A stretch of DNA of 64,000 nucleotides from Octopus sinensis (lineage: Eukaryota), in the NCBI RefSeq assembly GCF_006345805.1, contig NC_043003.1:20956001-21020000 (forward strand). The letters are read 5' to 3'. This document shows, one piece after another, positions 27,901 through 42,100 of this stretch (the stretch's first letter is position 1; each line of letters opens with the position of its first letter). The translations under genes and the position numbers were made by a program. Below the pieces are notes generated by a model. The model saw only the letters and a program-made list of their open reading frames with translations, did no database searches and was not told the origin of the DNA.

Positions 27901-28847
27901 AAGTGCAGCACAATGGGACTGAACCAAAAAGCACATGGTTGCAAGGTGAATCATTCCAGTGTCTATATATGGAAATATATTTCCAATTATTAAATGACAA
28001 GGCAGCAACACACGGTGAACTGTTATTGCACCAGAAAGACTGCTTAGCGCATTTCTTCCAACTCTATGTTCTGAGTTCAAATGCTGCTGGTGTTGACTTT
28101 GCCTTTCATCCTTTTGGGGTCAATAAAATAAGTACCAAGGCCCTCATTATTCTAACAGACGAATGCATATTAGAAACATATTAATATTAGTGGGTAATAC
28201 CTAAGGTGGCAAATTGGCAGAATCATTAGCACACTGAGGTTGATTTTACCTTTCATCCATTCTGGGTTGATAAATAAGTACCAGTTAAGCACTGGGGTCA
28301 ATATAATTGACTTAACCCCTCTCCCAGAATTGATAGCCTTGTGCCAAATTTGAAACTATTTTAATATGTATTGTAAGTGTATCAACATTGTATTAAGACT
28401 ATGTTGCACATTTTTATATATTACATTGTATTAAATGGTTACCATAGTTGTTTTGGGGAGTAAACAACAATATAACAATAATAAACAGGTGTGTCGTTGT
28501 TGCTCTTCCTAATCCAACCCTGATCAAGTAGACCAGAAATTAGGAAATTCTATGATTTATATATATTTGTAGACTACATTGTCATAACAGTGTGATTGAG
28601 GAAGGTTTGACTGCTATTTATAGCTGGTCAACTAACTGTGTAGTGATCCTGTTGGATGTAGTAGAATAAACTAGAAAGACTAGTTACACATTTTCGATCT
28701 TATAATAATTTTCTTTCCTTTCATTCAATTAGGGACTTTACACAACCTGTGGCTTAGGTTACAGCCTGTTGAGCCCACCTATGCAGATGATTCAAATCTT
28801 GTTAAGGTATGTTTTTTTTAATAATAATAATAATAATAATAATAATA

Positions 28848-28880
<33 letters not shown>

Positions 28881-31800
28881 TGATGAAATTATTTATACAG
28901 TGCTCAGGTGCTATACTAAAAAATGCTTTCAGTCATTCTAAGCAATTTCAGAATCACAATGAAGTTGTGAAAGTGAATAGTGAAGAGTTAATGTTTTGGT
29001 AATTGACTTAACTACTCCTTGGTATAAATATAAAAACTATACCCATCTGTTTTCTGTTTGGTTGACACTAATTTTCAAATTACTGGAGTCTGTTGCTCTT
29101 CTCAAGGACGTATAACTGGCCATGTGTAAACATCGGGGTGGGTAAAAATACCCTTACACGATCTAAAGTCTGGCCCTGTGTCTTGTTTGTTGTGAATGCA
29201 TGAGTGGAATCTTTAGAGGTGCCAAAAAAATATCAAACTGGTTTATTTTTATTGACAAAACGAGATGTAAACAACAGCCACTTCGATTAGCTGTTTCGAA
29301 TCCTGTTCCAGACTGACCACACTCCAATAACCACTAAATAATTACCCACACTATATACTGACATACTTTTTTCCATTTTATTTTCGCTATTAATCGTTCT
29401 CGTGACCCCTTTGTATCAACGATGGCACCACGAACTATTCGAGGAAAATCCACAGTTATTCGTGGTCGGTGAATTTTTGATAAAGATACGAAGGTGATTT
29501 ATCAATTCAAAAATCGATATTTACAAAATAATCATACTTTCTGATTTTTTAAAGCTAAAAACCTTCCTGATGACTGTCTTTGTAATCCCGAAAAATATTG
29601 TAACCATTGATCCAGCTGTCTGGTCGTGAAGATGGAACAGACGGACATAATGCACATTATAGTAAGATAGCAAATCTGCTCATCTACGATGGATAGTATC
29701 GCAAATATAAAACCCTCTAAATTCACGAATATATGGGGTGGGGGAGAATCCAGAGTTAATCCTTGTCGCCGGAATTTTGACAAATAAATCAAAAGTGATT
29801 TATTAATACAAAATTCAATATCCACTAAAATAACCATACTTTTTCACATTCTTTTCACTGAAACCCTTCCTGATCACCCCCTTCATAATCCTAAAAAACA
29901 TTGTGACCATTGGTCCAGCCATTTGTCTGTGAAGAAGAAACATACGGACATAACGCCTATTATGTAACCATTGGTCTAGCCATCTGTCTGTGAAGAGGAA
30001 ACAGACGGACATAACGCCCATTATGTAACCATTGGTTCAGCCATTTGTCTGTGCAGAGGAAACAGATGGACTAAACGCCCATTATAATAAAATGGTTTGT
30101 ATTTTACCTGGTATTTCAATATTTCAGGATTAGGACCTCTTCTTTGGGAAATCTTTGGAGAAAGTTTGTTGCTAGCTGCCTTCTCTGTTCTGCAGTTATG
30201 TTTGAAGGTTGCTATGCATTGCTATAAGCAGCCAACAGTTGCATGCAGTTCAGATCTGTTACTGATATGGGGTTATACATGTTACTTGTAGTAGCAGTAA
30301 CCAATATTTCTTTCTGTAGTCAATGGAAACCTGGATGTCTTGGATGTGGTATTTCAGTAGGTATTTTGCGGAGAAGGATCATTCAGACAGTGTTTCATGA
30401 AAACTATTCTACTTGTCTTTCTTGATGTTGAAAATCCCACTTAGAATTAACAGATTTAGTTATTTACAAATTCCTCCAGATTCTTTACTATTTTCAAAAC
30501 TAATTAAAATATATAAACAAAGCATTTATTAAGAAATGTGATTACAAATGAGTTAAGACCCAAGAATCTGATCCAGGTAAGATTAATACTAGAGAACCAA
30601 AACTCCTGCTGGGGACCTAAACTCTTGCTTGGAACCTAAACACTTCTGCACAAATGTGATAATGATGGGCACCTCTTGCAGTAGGTATTTGGGGAGCTTA
30701 TCACCCATGCTGACACATGCATTCATTCCAACATGGAATTTTGTGGTAAAGATTGTTTGCCAACATAACATGGCAGTCCTGGTTTAGGACTAATGTTGCT
30801 GTAATTTAGCCCCAGAGAGAAATGTTTCAAAAACAAAGACCAGTTCATGTTGTATAGCCAGCTGGAGACGATGTCTCTTGGGCTAAATTACAGTAACATT
30901 AGTCCTAAACCAGGACTGTCATGTTATGTTGGCAAGCAATCTTTACTATATGGAATTTTATGTTGATTGTTTTGCCTTTCCCAGCTATGCCCAGCTATAG
31001 TATTCAACACAAAATCAGGTGAGTAGTATTTTATACTGAAGTATTTTACATACAATGAAAAATCCTTGCATAGGACAAATCCCAATCTCTGAACAGCACT
31101 TGCATTTCCTCAGAAAGTAGAACTGGTATATCATTGTATACAAATGAAAGCGCAAGTGTTACAACCATAGTTTTCCTTTTCAAAAAAGATGTCTAAACAA
31201 TGGCTCTCACTCCTAGTTATTGGATTGCTATTCATCCTACTGATTTCACTTGTTTTATATTTTTTCCTCCTCCAGGGTGTCCACAAAAGTCACCTTCCTT
31301 GCCAAGGTAACTTGTATATTTTTTCACTTTAGTAACTGGTATGTGACAAGTTGCACTGAGACAGTAGTACTAAGAGTGACCTGACATACATGCATCATGC
31401 ATGCATACATACATACATACATACCTACATACATACACACACACCCAACATACACATACATCATACATACATACATACATACATACATACATAACATACA
31501 TACATACAACATACATAATACATACAATTCATGATAGCTGTCCACTCGTGACTGAGGAAAAGCATTACTGAACTTAAGGAACATTGTGCACTTAAGTCAG
31601 CCTTATACTTTATATTGTGGCTCCATTGGTGACTAAAAACCCTGCTCTTCACAAACATACATGACTGCAAACATTGCAGACCATGCTTTCCCCATTCATA
31701 CACAAGCATGTGTTTTCCAGCTGCGTACTTAATAAATAATTACATAAATACGTACATATGTATGTATTGTGATACTGTAAAACATATCTGCAGTTGAAGA

Positions 31801-34598
31801 AAGAGACCAGTAACTATCTTTCCAATATCTCACGTTGTGAGATTAAAAATAGTAATTTTCTATCTTCCCCAAGTTGTGACCATGAAATCAACAACATAAT
31901 TAGGATAGCTAATGAACTTGAGGAGACATGAAATTAAGTAAAATATATTTATCAAAAGAGCAAAATAAAAATTAAGAAGTTAGTACATGGGTACTTGGCA
32001 TGACAAAGGCAAATCATAGAAGAAACTGATCATGTCAAAAGCTTCACATAGAATACAAAAAATATTATGACATCCCACTTGAAGGCTGCATCCATGCAAT
32101 TCAAGAATAATAGATCCACACTAAGACCTACAGCATAAAGGAGAAAGCATTGACAGGCACAGGCATGGCTGTGTAGGCAGGTGTGGCTGTGTAGGCACAG
32201 GTGTGCTGTGTAGGCACAGGTGTGACTGTGTAGGTACAGGTGTGGCTGTATAGGCAGGTGTGGCTGTGTAGGCAGTGTGGCTGTGTAGGTGTAGGTATGG
32301 CTGTGTAGGAGAGGTGTGGCGTGTAGGTGAAGGTGTGGATGTGTAGCAAAAGTGTGACTGTGTAGGCACAGGCATGGCTGTGTAGGCACAGGTATAGCTG
32401 TGTAGGTGCAGGTGTGGCTGTGTAGGCACAGATGTGGCTGTGAAGGCACAGGCATGGCTGTATAGCACAGTTGTGGATGTTTAGGCCACGGTGTGGCTAT
32501 GTAGTCACAGGTGTGGTTGTGTAGGTGCAGATGTGACTGTGTAGGCATAGGTGCGGTTGTGTAGGCACAGGTGCTGCTGTGTAGATGCAGGTGTGACTGT
32601 GTAGGCACAGGTATGACTATAGTGGAAGACAGCAGGACAGAACCTGAAGCAAATTTGTTGGAAGCAAACTTCTGACCACACAGCCTTCCTAGGCTCATTA
32701 TACTAATTATATAACACTAATTATATGATACTATTTTATACATATTGTTTTATTATGAAATGTGAGAATATTTTAAGAAAGGATGGGAAATGTCGGCATT
32801 TTTATTAGAAGAGTTTTCTTTTTTTTGTCAGAGTTTATTCATTTCTTAGTTGTGTGACTGCTGTATGGCACAGGTTCTGATGACTATAGTGGAAGACAGC
32901 AGGACAGAACCTGAAGCAAATTTGTTGGAAGCAAACTTCTTGACCACACAGCCATGCCTAGCTCATTATACTAATTATATAACACTAATTATGATACTAT
33001 TTATATCATATTGTTTTATTTGAAATGTGAGAATATTTTAATGAAAGGATGGGGAAATGTCGGCATTTTATTAGAAGAGTTTTCTTTTTTTTGTCAGAGT
33101 TTATTCATTTCTTAGTTGTTTAGAAGGTGAGCCAAGAGAGAAAGAGAGAGCGACAGAAAGGGAGAGAGAGGGAGGGATTGGGAGGATTAGTGGGAGAAGG
33201 GGAAGAGAAAGAGGGTGATATAGATATAGATGTGGATTAATATATTTTTCATTTTGAATTAACTTCTTTGTTTGCTATAATTGAATCAATGCTGAATGGC
33301 TTAAATTTCTATTTCAGTGCCTGAAAGAACTTGGTGCTGTTCCATTTGTCACAACAAATGTACCACAGACTTTAATGAGGTAAGCTTTCATTAATTCCTT
33401 GGGGCCAAATTATATCCCTCTTTGCAGTCCTCAACCTTTCGCTCACACTTCACATCTTGAATCAAACACCTTTTTTTTTCTCAAGCGAAAGGGGGTGACC
33501 TTTAACTGGATGTGGACTGGGGTATCAGTGTGTGCAGCATAAACATTGTCCTTTAAATGTGAGCTGTACTCCTGAGTTTTACATTATGATACTTTCTCAC
33601 TGAAAATCAATAAGGATTACATTGTTTATGAAGTTTTACACAGGCACACACACACACAGATATATTTAGTCACAGGATGTTCAAATTGAAGGGAAAATAT
33701 TTTATGTTTTTTATTCCACAGTTGTTACTTTAAATCTTGAAAGCTTTATAAACTGAAATTTTTATATAGCTTTCCAACACCCAAATAATAGTCATAATCA
33801 CAATAATAATAATTCCTTCTACCCATCCCAGTATGCAAAACAGACATTAAATGATGATGCTGATAATAATACTATAACACACAAGGCCTGAAATTTTGGG
33901 GGAGGGAGTTAATTGACTGCATGGACCCCAGTGATAACAACAACAGTAGTGATGGTGACAATGGTGATGATTGTGATGACGATGACACACTTACTCTAAG
34001 TGTATATATTACAATAGAATAAATCTATAGATAATTGCTTGCATTTGTTTTTATCAGTTGTTATATCTAACTTTTCAATATTCATATTTTCTTTTCAGTA
34101 TCTCCTGTGATAATAATATTTATGGCCAAACTAGAAACCCACATAAAGCTGATCGTGGTCCTGCTGGTCCAGTGGAGGAGAAGCAGCTCTCATAGGTTAT
34201 GGTGGATCTATTTTAGGTATAGGAACAGATATTGGTGGTAGCATTCGCTGTCCAGCTCATTTTTGTGGCATTTATGGATTAAAAACAACTATTACTCGCA
34301 TGGGGTAAGTCTGTAAAATGTTTTCCACAAACCCTTTCGGTTCTATTCCTCCCTTTATAATATTTACCCTAAAACCTTCCTAAATGTGATTTATATGTAA
34401 AGTGATTTTATTCACTTCATTAACCTGAATATGGTTAAAATGCCAATTTTGAAACTACATATTTTCAGGTTCAGTCCTGCTACCCATCATGTTGGGAAAG
34501 TGTCTTGTGTTATAGCCTCAGGCTGATTAATGCTTTGTGAGTGAATTTCATAAAGGGAAACACTGGAAGCTCATTAAATATGTACATACATACATATA

Positions 34599-34663
<65 letters not shown>

Positions 34664-35004
34664 TGTTTAACGTCTGCTTTCCATGCTAGAATGTGTTGGA
34701 CGATTTGACTGAGGACTGGCGAACCAGATGGCTGCACTAGGCAGAGTTTCTACAGCTGGATGCCCTTCCTAAAGCCAACCACTCCGAGAGTGTAGTGGGT
34801 GCTTTTACATGCCACTGGCATGAGGGCCAATCGGGCGGTACTAGCAACAGCCACGCTCAAATGGTGTTTTTATATGCCACCTGCACAGGAGCCAGTCCAG
34901 CGGGACTGGCAACAACCACGCTTGAATGTTTTTTCCCGTGCCACCAGCACAAGTGCCAGTAAGGCGATGCTGGTAACAGGCGACACTGGTATATACATAT
35001 ATAA

Positions 35005-35049
<45 letters not shown>

Positions 35050-36276
35050 AGTTCATGGCTCAGATTTGTATATGTTTTGAATAGGATTTGATTGGTAAAT
35101 GATAGTCCCATAACTGGACTTAGAAATTTTTATACGTTCCCCACTACATTTGCATGTTAGTATCAAGTGACAATGTTTGTGTCATAAGTTAAGGCTGACT
35201 CAGTTGAGTGGACATGTTTAGTTATGATCAAGACACTCCAAATTTAATCTGTCTGGTGGGAGAGTGGACAAGAGTTGTTTGTATGTAGTCCAATGGCTAA
35301 AATTTAGGTTGTTAGCTGTATAGCTTCCTCATGATATGTGGCAGAATGAGTTTTGTGTGTGAATAGTTATTTGTATATGTACTCTGTTAAAGTTTGTTAA
35401 GTCCTGGTTTGTACTTTTGTATGAAAGTATTTTCTTTATCTGTGCTTCATCTGTGGTATTCGCTGAAAATAGGTAGAGTGAGAAGACCTGAAATTTGGGA
35501 GACTTATTTTTTGCCCATATGCCTATGTAACCACTCAGTGGGATCTGTCTTGTACTGAAGGTCTCATATTTGTTATTGGTGAATGGTTAGTCTATTTCTT
35601 AGAGTAAGCTTTGTTTGACCTATGTAATCTTCATTACATCCTTGACATTTGATAGCATATATTAAATTCCTTGAAGAACATATAAAGTGATTTTTTACGG
35701 TAAAAGTCTACCCTGATTTGATTTTGTATGTTGTGTCTTCAATAAGGTTGATGCAGGGCCTGCAATTGGGGTAGCTACTTTTTTAGACTGTTGCTGTAGG
35801 AATTGTGCAAGGTAATTTAGCACTTGAGTGGAATTTTTGGAGGGATCTTGATTGTCTTTTACTTTCGATTATTTTGTATATTTTGAATGCTTGTTTCATT
35901 CTTGGATCTTGTTTTAGTAGTGGGATGTTCTGATGGATAGCATTGTAAAGTACTGTGTTTCTGGGTTGTGTGTTGTAATAAAGGGTATATTATTGGATGT
36001 ATCTGAAGCATTTTTCGTTTTTTGTATTTCTTCAATATTTATTGCTTTGGCATGTCCTATTCCATTGTCTGTCTGGCACCTGTGCTGGTGGCACGTAAAA
36101 AGCACCCACTACACTCATGGAGTGGTTGGCGTTAGGAAGGGCATCCAGCCGTAGAAACATTGCCAGATCAGACTGGGCCTGGTGCAGCCTTCTGGCTTCC
36201 CAGACCCCAGGTGAACCGTCCAACCCATGCTAGCATGGAAAGCGGACGCTAAACGATGATGATGATGATGATGATG

Positions 36277-36310
<34 letters not shown>

Positions 36311-38617
36311 ATCATCATCATCATCATCGTCATTTAGCATCCGCTTTCCATGCTAGCATATATACATATGTAAATAATATTTTTATAAACAAACCTGAAA
36401 GGCTTTGCGAATTACAGAGAGAAAGCTACTATGGAAGGCTCATAGTATAATAACTGTACAATAACTATATATAATATATATCATAATGATATTCATTCTC
36501 CAATTTTAAAGCAACAATTTTTAAATATAAACAAATGACTGATGAGCTAACCTCAGGCTGAATCGAACCCACAAATCAATGCTTTCATGGCTCCTTGCAA
36601 AATTTCAGTCAATTTCAGGTTTGTTTATAAAAGTATTATTTATGTAGTATTTAAACAGTTTAAGTATATATTAACTAAATTTGACTGAAATTGATGGGTG
36701 AGCTTTTAATTTATAGACTTGTTTATCAAATCTTTGTATATCAGAATCTAAGGCCAAAAATAAGGAGCAATGTATGTTAGGAAGGGGGCTGAGTGAGTTG
36801 ACAGAAATCATAGTGGTTATGGTCATAAAACTATCAAGATTAATTTGAAACAATATAATGAGATTTGGTAAAGGAAATCTTAAATCAAGAAGTTAGCTGA
36901 CATTTAAACAAGTCCAAAGTTCTTGTTTGATAGCGCAGAAGTGGTGGTTAGGTTGTGAGATTTTCTTGGTTTTGAAGTTTTTAGAAATATTATCCATTTC
37001 ACTGTTGATATTTATGTTTTGTGTGTCATGTTTGTCATCGAAGTGCAAGGCTTGCCATCTGAGTTTGCAGATGAATTTGTAAATGAGAGGTGAAGATAAT
37101 GGCTCTTTTAGTACACCACACAGTCGATTCAATAAATATGAAAAGGATAAATGCATATAAGAGCCAGAAGGAAAAGAGACACACAACCGGGTAGAATGTT
37201 TAAGAGAAGATTATATTTATATGTTAACAAGTGTGTGTATGCGTCATATATACATAATAATAGACAGGCTGTCATGTATACAAAGTGTATGTGTGTGCAT
37301 AAAGTACAGATCATTGAAAGAGTCTATAATATGACGTTAGAAGAATGTTCAGACATAAGGATGATAAATATCAGTTTGTAGTCAAGGTACACGATAGTTG
37401 AAGTGTTATAACAAGAAGTTGTGGCTGTAATGCAGAGCCAGTTGAGGTACATGTCGTACGTGAAGCCATGGCTATGATGCAGAGCCGGTTACTTGTTACA
37501 GGAGTTCTCACAGGTTGTATTTGCTGTTAACCATGGTGAAGTAATTTACAAACAGTGATGAGATAGAACCAGTGCAAGTGTTGCTGGTTGCTGTGTACGT
37601 AGAGAAATGTTGTTGACAACATTAAGAAGATGATGGCGACAGAGATGGAGGTCCTGAACGCTGCTGCATGAAGTTGAGTCTTCTTGTGGCTGCTGTTGTG
37701 TTGTCTCTGGAACTGGCTGTGTGGTCAGTGGCTAGACCTTAAAGATCTGGAACCGAAAGACATTGAGATGGAGTGAAGCTACAGTTCTATAATGTGCTAT
37801 CGCTTACCAGAAGTTTAGAAGAAACTGTCTCATGTGACCTTGTCAGAATGCTGCAGTTGGCTGGGTTGCATATTGGCACACAATAGAGCAAGAGACAAAT
37901 TGCGCCAATATCAACCAATCAGAGTTGTGGACACAACAGGGTGCAAAAGGGCGGCCGAAGGCTAGCTGTTATCTACTACATCCATATTCATGTATATATA
38001 ACAGAGAGAGAGAGGAATTTCCTCCAAGTTGTATGCTACAAATTCATTAGTTTTTTAAATAAGTTCTTTCGTATAGATATTTTAGGAGGTATGATTATAT
38101 CTTTTAAAGAAGTGTTGATTCTAATTACCTCCATTTTACCAGTATAGTCCTTACATATGTATTTTTATTACTGTAGCAATAAATAAAATTAGTTTATAGA
38201 ATTCAGTTAAAGATTATGTTAGCCTCATGAAAGGATGGTATAATCCAAAGAAATACTGGTTCAATACCTAATATTTTTAGGAGAATTTATATCCTTAAGA
38301 TGATAGGTTTGTATATAAACCATAGTTTATATTCATGTAAAGGAAGAAGAAAATGCAAACCTCTCATCCGGACACATAGATATAAATCATAAACAATATC
38401 ATTCAGTCTGCTGTGATGTGTCTACAAACAAACACACAAAATATCTAAGGGTATTATTTCTTTCTTCTGAAGAGATTCTGCTCAGAAATATGAATTTAAT
38501 ATTTAATTAATTTCACTGTCCATTATTGAAACAGCTGTATGGGATAATACTTAATTTGTTGCTGATAATAAACTCTTATTAACTTCAATATCTCCATTTT
38601 CTTCTTCTTCCTGTATG

Positions 38618-38650
<33 letters not shown>

Positions 38651-39104
38651 GTATATATACACACATGCATACATGTATGCGTATGTCTATGTGTCCGTGT
38701 TTGTCCCCCACCACTGCTTGAACCCACAGTGTTGGTGTATTTATGTCCCCATAACTTAATGTTTCGCCAAAACCAACTGATAGATTAAGTACTTGGCTTT
38801 ATAAAAATAAGTACAGTGATCAATACAGTCAACTCAAAATTCTTCAAGGTAGTGCCCAAGCATGGCCACAGTCTAATGACAGAAACAAGTAAAATCTCTT
38901 CTCTTTTACTTGTTTCAGTCATTTGACTGCGGCCATGCTGGAGCACCACTTTTAGTCGAGCAAATCGACCCCAGGGCTTATTCTTTGGAAGCCTAGTACT
39001 TATTCTGTTGGTCTCTTTTGCCGAACTGCTAAGTTACAGGGATGTAAATATACCACATCGGTTGTCAAGCAATGTTGGGGGGACAAACACAGACACACAA
39101 ACAT

Positions 39105-39177
<73 letters not shown>

Positions 39178-42100
39178 TACAACGGGCTTCTTTCAGTTTC
39201 CGTCTACCAAATCCAGTCACAAGGCTTTGGTCGGCCCAAGGTGCCATGTAGTGGGAATGAACCCGGAACCATGTGGTTGGTAAGCAAGCTACTTACCACA
39301 CAGCCACTCCTGTATATATATAATTGTTAAAATATTCTGTGTATTGTATATGTAATTTATTGCAAATAAATTTTAACAAAAAAATCTTATATGGACCCAA
39401 GCTAACAATCACCAGGTTAAATAAGGAGTACAATATACCATGTTCTTTATGTGTGGTTGATGTTGAATGTATTATTTTTTTCTATTGTAAATGCTTAAAT
39501 ATAATGAATTCAAAAATTTTGATTTATATTTTTGTTTCTATTGGGTTTTTTTTATATAATGACATGTCAATGTCAGATTGTAATTGATTAATTCACTAAT
39601 TAATTGATTGATTAATTGATTTTGATAGATTTAATTTTTTATTTCAATTATAGGTTAGGAAGTACCTATAAACCAGTCAAAGAACAAATTCTCAGTAAGA
39701 ATAATATTACTTTTCCTTCATGTTTTCATTTATTCAAATAAACTCAATGATGTGGTCTAAAGGAGGAGTCTCAAAACAAACTTGAAATAGCAGTTAAATC
39801 ACCTTTAAATCTTACTCCACCATCTTAAAAAGATAGAAAGGACATTGGATAAATGTAGTCCTAGACACATCATCATCATCATCATCATCATCATCGTTTA
39901 ACATGCTAGCATGGGTTGGACAGTTCGACCGGGGTCTGGGAAGCCAGGAGGCTGCACCAGGCTCCAGTCTGATCTGGCAGTGTTTCTACAGCTGGATGCC
40001 CTCTCTAACGCCTACTACTCCATGAGTGTAGTGGGTGATTTTTACGTGCTACCGGCACAGGTGCCAGGGGAGGCTGGCAACAGCCACTATTGGTTGGTGC
40101 TTTTTACATGCCACCGGCATGGAAGCCAGTCAAGGTGGCGCTGGCATCAACCACATATGGATGGTGCTTTTTACGTGCCACCGGCACAGGTGCCTGGGGA
40201 GGCTGGCAACGGCCACACATGTTGCTTGAAAAACAATGACAAGATTCTTACAGTTAAAATGTCTTATCATAGATGTGCTCTTTCAGAAGATGGTTATAGT
40301 TTCAATAACTGGCATTTGGTTGGTTATGACAATAAGGGTTCCAGTCGAGCCTATTAATGGAACAGTCTGCTCAAGAAATTAACATCCAAGTGGCTGAGTA
40401 GTCCTCAGACATGCATACTCTTAATGTAGTTCTCAGGGTGATTCAGTGTGACTCAGAATGGGACGAGGCTGGCCCTTTCAATTACAGGTACAACTCCCTT
40501 TTGCCAGCTGAGTAGACTGGAGCAATGTGAAATAAAGTGTCTTGCTCAAGGACATAATGTGTCACTGGGTATTGAACTCATGACCATATGATTGTGAGTG
40601 AAATACACTAACCACTAAGCCATGCATCTTCTCACAGTTTCAATATTCTGTGATGGGTGTACTGACCAGGGCTTAAATCATGACAACATAGTGCCAGTAT
40701 AGATAAGATACTCTGCTCTCTGATTCCGAGTTCTGTCTTTAATTCTACATACCTTACTAATTAGATCTTCATTCTATTGATGCAATCTTTCTTGTGAGAC
40801 AACAGGAGAGCTACCTGGCTAGGAGTAAGCCACTGTACCTGACATTTGTTAACCAGACCTTCACTTGATGATCCAGAGTTGCTGAGAAAGCTAGGGGCAG
40901 ATGAATGTGAGATCTGTACAAGCCATGTACAAGGTTGCTGTCAACACGATGAGAATTAGCAATGAGTACAGTGATGAATTTAGTGCATAAGTAGGGTCTA
41001 CTAGGGCTCAGTGCTCAGTCCTTTCTATGTAACACAGTCTTTAGGGCCTTAATGAAGGCATTTAAAACTGGATACCTGTGGAAACTGTCATATTCTGATG
41101 GCCATGTTCTTCTAGCTGAATCCATAGTAGGATTAGGGAAGGGATTCTGAGGTGAAAATAAAACCTAGACTCAAAGCTTCCCCAAAGTTAACTTAGCAAA
41201 GACTGAAGTTTTGGCATGTATGGAAAGAAAACAACCTTACTACCATCAAGGAAGTAACCATGTGTGATATATAGAAAATGAATGGATAGAAATTCGATAT
41301 GATATGCCCAATGCAAGCTATAGACACACTAGAAGTGTAGTGAAATCATAGGCAGATTAACAGAGGAAGAAGTCTTTGTATGTGATAGATTTGCTGAGGC
41401 AATAAACTCTTAAGAGTGCACAGAAAATAGATGTTTTGAAATGTCTTGGAGCATCCCTAGAAACAGTTGATAGCTTCTGTTATCTAGGTAACCTAATCAG
41501 CACTGATGGAATATGTTCTCACAGAAGAACAACCAGAGAAAAAACAGATTGGAGAAAGTTCAGGAATCTTTTATTCTAGTTCTGCTGTCAACAGCAAAAG
41601 GTTTCTGTAGCTGAGTGAAAGGCAGACTGTATGATGCTTGTGTATGAGCTGCAATACTACACAGTAGTGAGATGTGGACCCAGAATGTGAAGGATCTGTG
41701 AAGATTGGAAAGAAATGAAGTGAGCATGCCCTACAGGATGTGCAATGTCAGCATGCATGATTGGTGGAGTGTCAAACCATCTGTATGTAAAATAAACTTC
41801 AAATGTGTTGAGATCAAAATTGTGCATAAGAAGAATCAGATGTAGTGTGCAAGAGAAGAGATGTGAGTGATATTCAGGGATTGGTAAAGCCTAGTTTTTG
41901 CAGCTGACTTCAAAGAAAGGTACAAATCCATATGTTTAAAGAGAGAGAGAGAGAAAGAGAAGAGATTGAGAGTCTTGTCATATATACAGTGTGGCAGTGT
42001 GTCCATAAATATACAGTGTATCATATATACAGTGTGTCCATGGTGGGATTTCAAAACTATTTATAACTTGCAACACTACAGATTTTATATACATGCTGAA

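Noticed and set aside
29902-30085. 61-bp x3 repeat as CRISPR
   Set aside because: Contiguous tandem units inside a DINE-1-like end; no spacers.
32030-32698. 222-aa His/Pro/Thr-rich ORF
   Set aside because: Read-through of a 20-bp minisatellite; no splice or homology support.
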